Shown piece by piece: positions 19,513-29,084 of a stretch of 42,042 nt of DNA (positions are counted from its first letter, which is position 1; each line of letters starts with the position of its first letter). Below the pieces are notes generated by a model, which was given only the letters and a program-made list of their open reading frames with translations, was not told the origin of the DNA and did not search any database. Made by a program: the position numbers and the translations under genes. Location of the stretch: the sequence record SRR31156797_5420; one strand, given 5' to 3'.

Positions 19513-20288
19513 TGATGCGATTGGCGTATGTTGTCTTTTTTCTGGTATTGATGGCAGGCTCTGTTTGTGCAGAACAGGTACTTGTTATCAGCGTGGAAAA
19601 CAAAGATTGGGCCGGACATTATCGGTGGGTTAATGGTGAGTTAACGGGGATTGATGCTGACATCTTTCGTCGTGTGGCAAGTGATCTTGGATATGTCGTA
19701 GAGTTTACGCCTTTTCCCTGGAAACGCGCAACCCAGATGGCTGAAGATGCGTTGACGGATGGTGTCTTTGACTTGGCATCAACAACCCGGCGGGAATGTG
19801 TTTTGCATTTTGTGGATACGCCATTGAGTCAGGAAACAATTGTTTTTTGGGTCAAAAGCGGCAGTGATTTTTCCTATCAGGGGCGGTTTCCAAAGTCGTT
19901 ACGGTTTGGAATTATGCACGGTGAGGATTGGAGTCGATGGTTTGAAGAAAGTGGTACGCCTATAGTAACCCCTTTTACTTCATTTAGGGCGGCATTTAGC
20001 AGTCTTGCAGTTGGCCGGATTGATGTTTTTGCCAATTATCTTACTTCAACCCGTGAATTGGTTAATCAGTTTGGCTTTGAAGAAGAAATCGTTCCGTCTG
20101 TACCCATTGTTCCCAATCATTATCACGTCGCTTTGAGTCGAAAGCCTGGGTATGAAGCTTTGGCAGAAAAGTTGTCCAAGGCGTTGGCAAAGTTTTTTGA
20201 CAGTCCGGCATATGTAGATCTGCTAAAAAGTTACGGGGCGAAGAATCCTGCCAATGCGTTTCATCCTTCAAAAAGTATCAATAATTGA
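19512..20288 (+). CDS. Family-3 periplasmic substrate-binding protein (paralogue 2)
   Basis: ATG overlaps the upstream stop (TAATG); signal peptide; shares DWAGHYxWxNGELTGIDAD, VFWVK, GxMHGxDWS with paralogue 1. Confidence 0.8.
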   Translation: MMRLAYVVFFLVLMAGSVCAEQVLVISVENKDWAGHYRWVNGELTGIDADIFRRVASDLGYVVEFTPFPWKRATQMAEDALTDGVFDLASTTRRECVLHFVDTPLSQETIVFWVKSGSDFSYQGRFPKSLRFGIMHGEDWSRWFEESGTPIVTPFTSFRAAFSSLAVGRIDVFANYLTSTRELVNQFGFEEEIVPSVPIVPNHYHVALSRKPGYEALAEKLSKALAKFFDSPAYVDLLKSYGAKNPANAFHPSKSINN

Positions 20289-20303
20289 TTTGAAGACAGA
20301 GAA

Positions 20304-20335
20304 AAAGCCCGCATTGTTTAACCAATGCGGGCTTT
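20304..20335. terminator. Bidirectional terminator
   Basis: AAAGCCCGCATTG/CAATGCGGGCTTT inverted repeat between convergent genes. Confidence 0.8.
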
Positions 20336-20357
20336 GTATCGTGATGCTTTGATACGT

Positions 20358-21623
20358 TTAGTCGTCGAAGTCGCCTTCAGGCCCCTTATCGGTGTCGATC
20401 TCGGCAGCCATTGCCTTGATCTTATCCTCAGTCCATTCAGCGGGATTTTCAAACTGTTCGACTTTGGGCCCGAGATCATATGAACCGGCCTCAAGGATCA
20501 GGTCGTACGCAATGGGTGCGGTGTCTTGTGCGTTGAAAACATTGACCAGAAGGTCGTAGACGAAGCCTTCCACATTGTCTGCCATGCGTTGACGGATTGC
20601 CTGATTCTGTCCCTGCCAACGGCGTTCGAAGACGAGGTTAAGTTTCTTGTAGTTGCCGCCTGATATGCCGTTTTCATCAGCGTACGCGACCATTTCATCC
20701 CACAATGCATCGTCTACGCCTGTGCCGGCCACTTTGGCAAAGTGGTCGCCGTCCATGATGGCATTACCGAATTCGTTGACCTTGACTCCCCATCCGATCA
20801 TCTGAAGAGCTGTGGCTACGTTGGCTTTGGTAGTCGCTGTCTGTGCTGCGATTTCGCGCAGACGGGCAGAGTCATTGCCGGAAGTGCCGTGCTGTGCACC
20901 GGAAGTGCCATACGGTTTGAGCGTGTCATGGATTTCAGCGGTCAGATCAACTTGAATACCTTCGCCAGATGCTTCAATGCCGTGGGTGGTGCCATTGTTA
21001 AGAGCGATCCAATCAGGGCAGAGGTTGTGGGCGTTGAGACCTTGGCACAAGAACTTGGCTTCTACCGGGCTGGACAGACCAAATTCACCTTTGATTTCAC
21101 CAATCTCTGTTTCGTAACCGGCCCATGTCGGGATGGCTGGTGCAACGGCGAGGTTGGCAAGAAGATTGAGGTCATCTGTCATGTGAGAGGCGTCGATAGC
21201 GATGGAGGTGACACCCGCGTCAAAAACCGACGGAATTTCTGCTTTGGCCTCGGCCACGCCATCCCATGATTTGATGAAATAATGATCTGCATGCACGGCC
21301 ACCGGGACGGTAATGCCGAGCTTGTTACACAGATAATCGACCCTGCGAGCGATGTTCCACAGGGTAGTAGGACAATAGGTGGCTTCGGAACGTGCAATTT
21401 CAATGATGATGGCAGCGTTGGCTCGCTGGGCTGCTTTGAGAGCGCCTTCGATGATGAAGATGTTGCGACCGTTTGCTGCGATGGTCATGGCGCCGCCTTT
21501 GGCAGTCATGGCACGGTCAATAACCTTGCCGCTGACAAGCAGTGCTTGGGAACCTGGAAAATTTTGGACGACGTTCGGCGGACGACCGACGGCGAGTGCT
21601 TTTTTGAAAGTATCCTGGGACAT
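20358..21623 (-). CDS. fba: Class II fructose-bisphosphate aldolase
   Basis: HADH, IDASH, ETEIGEI, GTTHG, QHGTSG, KANVAT motifs; start at 21623 after GGAGG. Confidence 0.85.
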   Translation of the reverse strand: MSQDTFKKALAVGRPPNVVQNFPGSQALLVSGKVIDRAMTAKGGAMTIAANGRNIFIIEGALKAAQRANAAIIIEIARSEATYCPTTLWNIARRVDYLCNKLGITVPVAVHADHYFIKSWDGVAEAKAEIPSVFDAGVTSIAIDASHMTDDLNLLANLAVAPAIPTWAGYETEIGEIKGEFGLSSPVEAKFLCQGLNAHNLCPDWIALNNGTTHGIEASGEGIQVDLTAEIHDTLKPYGTSGAQHGTSGNDSARLREIAAQTATTKANVATALQMIGWGVKVNEFGNAIMDGDHFAKVAGTGVDDALWDEMVAYADENGISGGNYKKLNLVFERRWQGQNQAIRQRMADNVEGFVYDLLVNVFNAQDTAPIAYDLILEAGSYDLGPKVEQFENPAEWTEDKIKAMAAEIDTDKGPEGDFDD

Positions 21624-21782
21624 GCCCTTCCTCCTTGGATCGTTTGTGTGCAACAGACAGTAGAAACCAAACGTTTCATAAAGTCAAAATGAAACGGCAA
21701 GTTGTGAACTGGGAATGCCCATGCCGAAGCCCCGGGATGCATGAGGCTTCCCGGGACGTTCGACGTGTGGCTTGGTGGGTGG

Positions 21783-22088
21783 CTACATGGTAGCTTCCCG
21801 ACCGCGCATGAGGTTTGTTGACCGGGGCTTGCCCGTTTTCACGCCTTCAACAGGCATGAGGGTGTAACCCATTTCCCGAGCCATGAACTCAATGATGGCA
21901 ACGTTGCGTGTTACCTTCACGATTTCGAACATGGTTTCGGCGCCCAATTTGGCGTGTGTGTCAAACGGATTGAGCTCTCGAAGCAGTGTCGAATACGGCT
22001 TCTTGATGACTCGGGACACTTCCTTGGCCGGGATGCGTCCCTCCAGGACCACGTCCTGCATTTTTTTGGTCAGATTCTTCTCAAACAT
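21783..22088 (-). CDS. Phage regulatory CII-like (CP76-type) HTH protein, copy A
   Basis: KKPYSTLLRELNPFDTHAKLG motif; paralogue at 29085-29333. Confidence 0.75.
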   Translation of the reverse strand: MFEKNLTKKMQDVVLEGRIPAKEVSRVIKKPYSTLLRELNPFDTHAKLGAETMFEIVKVTRNVAIIEFMAREMGYTLMPVEGVKTGKPRSTNLMRGREATM

Positions 22089-22237
22089 GCTTTACCCCCC
22101 ACATGTTGGATTTTTCTGCCTTGTGGTGAAAGTTACTCTTTTTTTCACTTTTGTGCCAACGAAAAGTAAAAAAAGGGGAAAGTTTTTTCATTAATGGAGA
22201 AAAAAATGGCCCTTTGTGTTGAAACTGCAACAAGTTA

Positions 22238-22274
22238 CCCCTCATTCCTCTATATAGCATAGGAGAATGAGGGG
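22238..22274 (-). terminator. Hairpin after the PP2C gene
   Basis: CCCCTCATTC...GAATGAGGGG inverted repeat; weak U-tail. Confidence 0.5.
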
Positions 22275-22304
22275 CTTAAGTGTTATAATCGTGTAATTAG
22301 GTCG

Positions 22305-24239
22305 TTATTTCTCGCATTTCCCCATGAATTGCATGGCGAGCATGGTGATGTCGTCTGACTGTTCGGCTCCGAGTGTAAACTCCTTGATCGAAGTGTCGAC
22401 GTCCTTGACGACCTTAGGTGCGAAGGGCTCTTCCATGGATACAAGAAGCTCCATGAGACGGTCTTCCGAGTAGAGTTTTTTGTCCGGATTCATGGCTTCA
22501 GTTACACCATCGGTGTAGATGAACATAATATCGCCTGGTTTCATGGTCATCGTTTTCGTCGAGTATTCCATATCCTCCATGATGCCTGCTACGGGCTCAC
22601 CGAAAGGCGGAATCCATTCAGGTGCGCCTCCACATGGCATGAAAATGGGAGGATTATGGCCTGCGTTGGCGTATTTGATTTCACCGGTTTCAATATTCAT
22701 GACAGCCAGGAACAGGGTGACGAACATGCATGATTCATTGTCGGCAGAAAGGTCTGCGTTGACTTTGGTCAGGACATCGCCTGGATCAAGGCCTTTTTCA
22801 GAAACGACTTTGAGTAATGTTTTAGTCACGGCCATGAAAAAGGCAGCGGGAACGCCTTTGCCGGAAACATCTCCCACCAAAAAGCAGAAATGTTTTTCAT
22901 CCACAAAGAAAAAGTCGTAGAGATCTCCGCCAACCTCTTTGGCCGGTTCAATGGATGCGAAAACCTCGAATTCTTTGCGTTCAGGGAAGGCAGGGAAGAG
23001 CTTGGGCAGAATGCCCATTTGAATGTCACGTGCAATGCGGAGTTCGGATTCGATTCGTTCCTTGGCTGCGGTCGTGGAAGTCAGGTCATGAATAAACTCC
23101 TTGAGCGAAGTCTTCATGTATCGGAAGGAGTCAGTCAGGTCGCCCACTTCGTCGCGACTGGAATTTTTGGGAAGCATGACATCCAGATCTCCAGAAGCGA
23201 TTTCACGTGCTGCACCTGACAATTGGCGTAGAGGATGCGTGATGCGTCGAGCGATGGCCATGGTGACAAAGGCAAGAAGAGCAAAGCCTGCCAAACCTAT
23301 TAGGCCCATGGTTTTTGAAAGACTATGAACATCGGCAAGCATTTCTTCTTTGGGGAAGACGATGCCCAGAGACCAACCTCCGTATTCAAGGCCTTTAGAG
23401 TATAGGTAACATTCCTGATCGTTGATTGCTTTACCCACACCTACAAATGAGGTCACACCTGATAGCATGTCCTGCCCAAGTTTGCGGAGTCGGTCAGAGC
23501 CGAGCTCTTCAGCCAGCGAAAAAATAGTCTGATTCATGACCAATCGCCGATCGGGGTGCGTGATGAAGGTACCGTGTCTGGAAAGCAGGAAAGCATATCC
23601 GGTGTCAAAAATGCGGATTTTTGCCACTTTTTCTTGAAGTTTGCTCAGAGAAATGTCCGCTGTGACAACTCCGGCAAAGGTGGTTTTTCCATTTTGAGTT
23701 CTAAAGAAGGGGACAGCGTATGTCGCCATTACCACACCGCCGCCACCTTCGTCGAAATATGGTTCAGTCCAGACCGGGCGGCCTAGTTCTTTGGGCAACT
23801 GATACCAATCCATGTAGAAATATCTGTACTTTGCATCTCCAAGCATGGTGAAACCGATGCGGCCACCAGAACGGAAATAATATGGTGCGAAATAGAGCTT
23901 ATTTGTTTCAAGAGAATACGGCTCAAAGGCAATTGCCATACCGTAAATTTCGGGATTGTTTGCCAGCACCCGGCGATTGAGTTCCAAAATTTCCTGCGAA
24001 GTCAAAGTCGCGTCTTCAAGAGAAAATGCGATGTTTTCAGCGACTTTTTGTACGCTGTAGAGCGTTGCATCAATACTGCCTGCGGTCTCGCGAGCGAGGA
24101 GCCGGGAGTTGTCGCGTGTTTGCCGAAGAATGATATCGCGAGAATAGTAGTAGTTATATCCTACGATGGCTCCCACGATAACGAAAGCGCAGGACAGGAT
24201 GAAGAGTGTGAGTTTGAACGCAATGGGCCAACGTTTCAT
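22305..24239 (-). CDS. SpoIIE/RsbU-like PP2C phosphatase with dCache and HAMP domains
   Basis: Two TMs; dCache (WYQLPK, WTEPYFD); HAMP (DEVGDL); VGGDLYD, GDVSGKG, NAGH, YTDGVTEA, DDIT. Confidence 0.92.
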   Translation of the reverse strand: MKRWPIAFKLTLFILSCAFVIVGAIVGYNYYYSRDIILRQTRDNSRLLARETAGSIDATLYSVQKVAENIAFSLEDATLTSQEILELNRRVLANNPEIYGMAIAFEPYSLETNKLYFAPYYFRSGGRIGFTMLGDAKYRYFYMDWYQLPKELGRPVWTEPYFDEGGGGVVMATYAVPFFRTQNGKTTFAGVVTADISLSKLQEKVAKIRIFDTGYAFLLSRHGTFITHPDRRLVMNQTIFSLAEELGSDRLRKLGQDMLSGVTSFVGVGKAINDQECYLYSKGLEYGGWSLGIVFPKEEMLADVHSLSKTMGLIGLAGFALLAFVTMAIARRITHPLRQLSGAAREIASGDLDVMLPKNSSRDEVGDLTDSFRYMKTSLKEFIHDLTSTTAAKERIESELRIARDIQMGILPKLFPAFPERKEFEVFASIEPAKEVGGDLYDFFFVDEKHFCFLVGDVSGKGVPAAFFMAVTKTLLKVVSEKGLDPGDVLTKVNADLSADNESCMFVTLFLAVMNIETGEIKYANAGHNPPIFMPCGGAPEWIPPFGEPVAGIMEDMEYSTKTMTMKPGDIMFIYTDGVTEAMNPDKKLYSEDRLMELLVSMEEPFAPKVVKDVDTSIKEFTLGAEQSDDITMLAMQFMGKCEK

Positions 24240-25237
24240 TGGAGTGCCCCCTTGTAGAATTCTTCGAAAGTTGGGGCCGTATCCAAAAAGCCGGTATCCA
24301 ATAGAGTTTGACGAACCCGTTCAAAGTCGTTCTTGCGAAGGACTCCCATGGTGGCGGCTTCATCAGTCATGATGATATCTTCCATTCGTTTCAGCATCCA
24401 TCGCTGATGTGCACGGTTTGCCGGAACTCTGGCAGACTGCATTCGGTGCATGACGATATCGAGCGCTTCGTCCTGATGGGCAAATGTGTATTCCCAGCCT
24501 TTAATGGTGGCTCGTACCAGTCTTTGGCATAGGTCGGGTCGATTTGCGGCAGTCTGTTCCAGACAGTATATGCCATCCTCTGGAAAATTGAGTCCGGCAT
24601 CATTGAAGAACAGAGGTTGGAGGTCTTCTTCATCAAGGCCGTATGTGAGGAGTGTGTGATATTCATTGTACCACATACCTGAAGTCGCATGGACGCCGTC
24701 ACGCAGAAAAAGATCCAGCGAAGAGGATTGTGGGACTACAGTGACCTTGAGGTTCATTTGCCGAAAGAGGGCTCGGGCCTGAATTTGGAATTCGTTGCCC
24801 CAAAGTCCGATTTTTTTGCCGTTCAGATCCTTGAAAGAGGAGATGCATGAAGATTTTTTAGCAATGAGCATGAGCGCTGACCGTTGCACGAACTGACCTA
24901 TGTTGACGATAGGCAGAGTGGGCCTTCGTTGTAGGCCTGTTGTGAGAAACAGGGTGGCGAATTCCGCGTTTCCAGCATCAAGCTGTTCACTCGCCAGCAC
25001 ATCAGGACCACCAGGGATGAGGGTGAGATCGATGCCTTCTTCCTCATAGAAACCTTTGTCCTTGGCAACGAAATATCCGGCAAATTGGGCCTGCGGTAGC
25101 CATTGGAGGACGAGGCTCGTTTTGTCCAGAGCGTGTGCACGCGCAGGGGACATTGCGATAATCAGGGCCACAGCCAACAGCATGGCACAAGCCGCTGCTT
25201 CTGGGATTCCGGTTGATTTATTGTTGAATGGCTTCAT
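24236..25237 (-). CDS. NMT1/THI5-like periplasmic substrate-binding protein
   Basis: Signal peptide; LQWLPQAQFAGYFVAKDKGFY motif; ATGA overlap with the PP2C gene. Confidence 0.85.
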   Translation of the reverse strand: MKPFNNKSTGIPEAAACAMLLAVALIIAMSPARAHALDKTSLVLQWLPQAQFAGYFVAKDKGFYEEEGIDLTLIPGGPDVLASEQLDAGNAEFATLFLTTGLQRRPTLPIVNIGQFVQRSALMLIAKKSSCISSFKDLNGKKIGLWGNEFQIQARALFRQMNLKVTVVPQSSSLDLFLRDGVHATSGMWYNEYHTLLTYGLDEEDLQPLFFNDAGLNFPEDGIYCLEQTAANRPDLCQRLVRATIKGWEYTFAHQDEALDIVMHRMQSARVPANRAHQRWMLKRMEDIIMTDEAATMGVLRKNDFERVRQTLLDTGFLDTAPTFEEFYKGALQ

Positions 25238-26381
25238 CGAATTCCTTGACCTTGTGATTCCAGAGAGGGCTGTCGGGGTCGCCTTTCCAGGCCAGACGTG
25301 GGTCCACCTGTGCTATGAGCATCCCTTGCATTATCGCGTGTGTTGCATAACCGAAAGTGGTCAGCTTTTTCATTGAATTGGTGAGCAATGATGAGCTGAT
25401 CCCTGTATCTCGACTGACATCGTTGATGTCGATGACCACGTAGTTGTTGAATTTGATGTTGGCAAGCAGGTAGCTGATGACTTTGCGATCAGCGTTGTCC
25501 AGCCGTTGATCAGCTGTCAACTTGAGAAGCATGGATTGGCTGGTGATGACTGTCTGGTCAGTTTCTATGACGGGTTTGATCTTGGTGGGATCGTTGGCAA
25601 TGGCACGCATCCCACCTTCAAGAAATGCGTAATCAAAATAGTCATAGGCGTTGAGAAAGTATTGTAACCAACGGACTTGTTTACCGACGGCGTCAAAAAA
25701 GAGGAGTTTTTTTTCTGTCCAGATACGGGACGTCACCAAATCGAGGAGCGGATCCAGCGGGATATTGCGAACGTCGTCGATTCTGGGGCCGCAGTCACGC
25801 TGGAACGGGTCACGGATATCAATGACAACTGTATTTGGTTCTTTGGAGGCGGCTGAGAATTCGTCATAGGAAATCTGATGTCGGAGGAATTTTTCGGCAT
25901 CAATAATACGGTCTGCACGGGCTGGGGTTTCCCCCATGAGGGTTCCTTTTTCCGGGGCGGCGGTAATCCAGTCGAAAATGCCTCCATCATACACGAAAAC
26001 GTTTTCGAATCCGAGGGAAAGAGCGAGTTGGGCTGCCTGATAGCTTTTGGCGCAGGAATGACCGTTGCAATAAAAGGCCATTGGTTTTGCGCTGTGTTTT
26101 GGACGGACTTCTTCAAGTTTGTTGGAAAAATCATCCTGTGTGAGAGGGAGAAGGATCGCCTTGTTGATGCGAGCAACTTCATATTCCAGCCGAGATCGAA
26201 TGTCGACAATCACGGTGGTGTCATACTCTGCCATAAGTTTGTCCGTCGTGATGGGGGTAACTTCCGGGTAATATGGCCGCAACGGGAAATCTTCCTGAGC
26301 ATGGACCGGTGTAATTGGGCACAGGAGTGCCGCGGCCATTAAAACCGCGAGGAGTGGGAATGTGTACGAGTGCGTTTGCAT
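25218..26381 (-). CDS. Exported tandem-rhodanese protein with C-terminal RepL-like winged-helix domain
   Basis: Signal peptide (VHA/Q); rhodanese 1 VDIRS...FYCNGHSC; rhodanese 2 IDIRD...FFDAVG; C-terminal KVISYLL..IKFNNY..HTH..DPRLAWKG. Confidence 0.75.
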   Translation of the reverse strand: MQTHSYTFPLLAVLMAAALLCPITPVHAQEDFPLRPYYPEVTPITTDKLMAEYDTTVIVDIRSRLEYEVARINKAILLPLTQDDFSNKLEEVRPKHSAKPMAFYCNGHSCAKSYQAAQLALSLGFENVFVYDGGIFDWITAAPEKGTLMGETPARADRIIDAEKFLRHQISYDEFSAASKEPNTVVIDIRDPFQRDCGPRIDDVRNIPLDPLLDLVTSRIWTEKKLLFFDAVGKQVRWLQYFLNAYDYFDYAFLEGGMRAIANDPTKIKPVIETDQTVITSQSMLLKLTADQRLDNADRKVISYLLANIKFNNYVVIDINDVSRDTGISSSLLTNSMKKLTTFGYATHAIMQGMLIAQVDPRLAWKGDPDSPLWNHKVKEFDEAIQQ

Positions 26382-26396
26382 GGTGTCTTTTTAACT

Positions 26397-26903
26397 TTAA
26401 GCTATGACAGTTGTCAGGAAACGTTTGAATATAGCGCACAGTCTGTCCGTGCTGCCTTCCAACCGGTGAGTATCATTAAAGACGTGAAGATCCGCCTTGT
26501 GGGTTTTGGCAAAGCGCAAAGAATTGTCAACAGGGATAACATCATCGGCCCATCCGTGAATAACGGTAAGTTTTTTGGGCAGGTTCGTGAAGACGTGTAG
26601 AGCATATCCTTGTAGATAGAAGGCTGGGGCCAAGAGAAAAAGACCTTTGGTCTTTATTTGTTTGGCTGCTGCTGTCGCTACATATCCACCCATGCTTGAT
26701 CCAACGAGAACGGCTGGGCCATCAAGTTTTTTCATGTGCTCCACAAGGCGTTCAACTCTTTCGTCTGCATTTTCCAGGTCTTGAAAGTCCGGGGCCTCCA
26801 TGGTCAGTCCTAATTCTTTGGCTGTTTCGGCTAGAGCACTGCTTTTGGCTCCCCAGGGGTGACTGAGAGAACCATGGCACCAGATGAGGGTCGGTTTAGT
26901 CAT
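26397..26903 (-). CDS. Small alpha/beta hydrolase (YqiA/YcfP-like esterase)
   Basis: HG oxyanion motif, GSSMGG nucleophile elbow, HGWADD, C-terminal His (DTHRL). Confidence 0.85.
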   Translation of the reverse strand: MTKPTLIWCHGSLSHPWGAKSSALAETAKELGLTMEAPDFQDLENADERVERLVEHMKKLDGPAVLVGSSMGGYVATAAAKQIKTKGLFLLAPAFYLQGYALHVFTNLPKKLTVIHGWADDVIPVDNSLRFAKTHKADLHVFNDTHRLEGSTDRLCAIFKRFLTTVIA

Positions 26904-28911
26904 TGTCAGCTCCTGTGTTGTCTGTTGATTGAGTGTCTATCATTCGGCGAATGGCGTTGAAAAGCGTACTTTTTTTGACCGGTTTGGGAATATGAAGATC
27001 AGCCCCAGCGTCAAGGCATCGTTTGGCATCTTCATCCAACGCGTGCGCTGTCATTGCAGCTATGGGAATTGGGGAAGCATTTTGCGTGGCCTCCCATTCG
27101 CGGATGGCTTTTATGGTTGAATAGCCGTCCATCAAAGGCATTTGGATATCCATAAGGATAAGGTCCCAACCGCCTTGTTTGAAGACCTCGAATCCTTCCT
27201 TGCCGTTTTCTATCACGGTTAAAAGGCACTGTGTGCCTTTTAAATACGTCTGGATGACAAAAGCGTTGTATTTGGAGTCTTCCATCATGAGGATATTTGC
27301 TTCGGGTAACGGCTTTTCATCTCCTTGAATCAGTCTTTCTCCAGAGTTTGATTCAGTCTTGAAATTGGTGTTGAAACATGCCGTAAAATGGAATGTGCTT
27401 CCGCGTCCCGGCGAACTTTCTGCCCAGATGTGACCATCCATGAGTTGGGTTAGCTGTTTACTGATAGCCAACCCTAGACCGGTGCCGCCAAACTCACGGG
27501 TTGTCGAGCTGTCTGCTTGGGTAAATGAATCGAAGATTGTGGAGAGTTTATCTCCCGAGATTCCCATCCCCGTGTCGGCAATGGAGAATTGGAGGGTTGT
27601 TTTTTCTGCAGGACCGGGTGCGGTTTGAACCGAAAGATTTACGGAACCGGAATCGGTGAATTTAACGGCGTTACCAAGCAGGTTAAGCAGTATCTGTCTG
27701 AGACGTGTGGGGTCGCCTTGCAGTCGGTCGGGAATTTGTGGGGGGATAGTGCAGGTGAGCAATAATCCTTTTTGCTGCGCCTTGGTATTGATTATTGTGC
27801 ACATCTTGTCCACGGTATCTTTGAGCGAGAACCATGTGGATTCCAACTTCAAATGTCCGGCTTCAATTTTGGACAGGTCGAGAATGTCGTCAAGGATTTC
27901 AAGAAGGCTTTCTCCAGCAGTACGGAAAACGTTGACGTATTTGGCTTGATCTTCAGAGAGTTCTGTTTCCCAGAGAATGTCTGCCATGCCGAGAATTGCA
28001 TTCATTGGTGTGCGGATCTCATGACTCATGCTTGCCAAAAAACTGCTTTTTGCTCGGTTGGCGATTTCAGCAGTTTTTTTGGAATTGTATATTTCTTCAA
28101 GCGCTGCATTCAGAGAAAGGTTTTTGGCCTCAAGTTCCTCAGTACGTTCCTTAACGTTTGTTTCCAGAATGTTTTGATGATTTTGCAGTTTGGAGTTGGC
28201 TTCTTGGAGGTCGTCAATGAGGTGGCGAAGGGATTCGCGCATATCATCAATTGCCCGCGCCAGATTTCCGAGTTCATTGGGGGCGGATGTGTCGATATAG
28301 GCATCAATGTCCCCGTCTGCAATGAAGGCTGCGGATGTCTCAATGCGTTTGAGCGGCGCGAAGAATTTTTTCTTTGTGAACAAGTATGAAGTCAGAGAAA
28401 TAGCCCCGATAAGCAACATGGCAAGAATGAGAGTGGCGATGACGTAAATACCGATTTCTTGATGGTATCTTTCGGTGGAAACCGCGAGGCGGAACGAGCC
28501 GATCCAGTCTCCGTATTTTTTGATTTCTACGGAATTTGTGAGAAATTGATGGTTTTTCTGGAAAAAAGCGAAAGTTTTTTCAGCATATTGGGGACGGGTT
28601 TTGACCGCCATGACTTCTTGACCTGTGACAACCTGTGCAAACACCACTGCTTCATCCTGGAAGACTGCGTCGATAAAGTCTTTGGCTGTAGCATGATCGA
28701 CCTGCCAGACAGCGGAAGCGAGGCTTGTTCTGGCCAAATGGGAAATGTTCTGGGTTTGGTCGGCAAGGTGTAGCTTGAGTCTGTAGGCATTGAACCCAAT
28801 AATTGCGGCAGAAAAACAGAGGACAATGACGCCGATCAGGCCCATTTGCAAAATGGCGGCCCTGCGGCTGAGAGAGTGTGCTTTGATCAGCTTGCGTGTG
28901 TCCGGGGTCAT
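26896..28911 (-). CDS. Hybrid sensor histidine kinase (TM-HAMP-HisKA-HATPase-REC)
   Basis: SHEIRTPMN H-box, NLLGNAVKFT, DTGMGI, GGTGLGL, receiver LMDIQMP. Confidence 0.95.
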   Translation of the reverse strand: MTPDTRKLIKAHSLSRRAAILQMGLIGVIVLCFSAAIIGFNAYRLKLHLADQTQNISHLARTSLASAVWQVDHATAKDFIDAVFQDEAVVFAQVVTGQEVMAVKTRPQYAEKTFAFFQKNHQFLTNSVEIKKYGDWIGSFRLAVSTERYHQEIGIYVIATLILAMLLIGAISLTSYLFTKKKFFAPLKRIETSAAFIADGDIDAYIDTSAPNELGNLARAIDDMRESLRHLIDDLQEANSKLQNHQNILETNVKERTEELEAKNLSLNAALEEIYNSKKTAEIANRAKSSFLASMSHEIRTPMNAILGMADILWETELSEDQAKYVNVFRTAGESLLEILDDILDLSKIEAGHLKLESTWFSLKDTVDKMCTIINTKAQQKGLLLTCTIPPQIPDRLQGDPTRLRQILLNLLGNAVKFTDSGSVNLSVQTAPGPAEKTTLQFSIADTGMGISGDKLSTIFDSFTQADSSTTREFGGTGLGLAISKQLTQLMDGHIWAESSPGRGSTFHFTACFNTNFKTESNSGERLIQGDEKPLPEANILMMEDSKYNAFVIQTYLKGTQCLLTVIENGKEGFEVFKQGGWDLILMDIQMPLMDGYSTIKAIREWEATQNASPIPIAAMTAHALDEDAKRCLDAGADLHIPKPVKKSTLFNAIRRMIDTQSTDNTGADND

Positions 28912-29029
28912 CTGTCAGTCTCTTTCTCGTGTTTGTTTACACCACGAAACTCATATGATGTTCACAGAAATTTCGCAAGACAACAGAACGATTTATGGAT
29001 GTAATCGTTAATAAAAGACGAATAAGTTC

Positions 29030-29060
29030 AAAAAAAAGGCTGGACAAAGGGTCCAGCCTT
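29030..29060 (-). terminator. Rho-independent terminator after CII-like copy B
   Basis: AAGGCTGGAC/GTCCAGCCTT stem plus T-run on the minus strand. Confidence 0.8.
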
Positions 29061-29084
29061 GAGGTGCGTCGAGAAAATTTTGAA

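Noticed and set aside
22143-22159. Sigma-54 promoter for CII-like copy A
   Set aside because: The -24 TGGCAC is present but the -12 reads TGAA rather than TTGC, so it was not listed as a feature.
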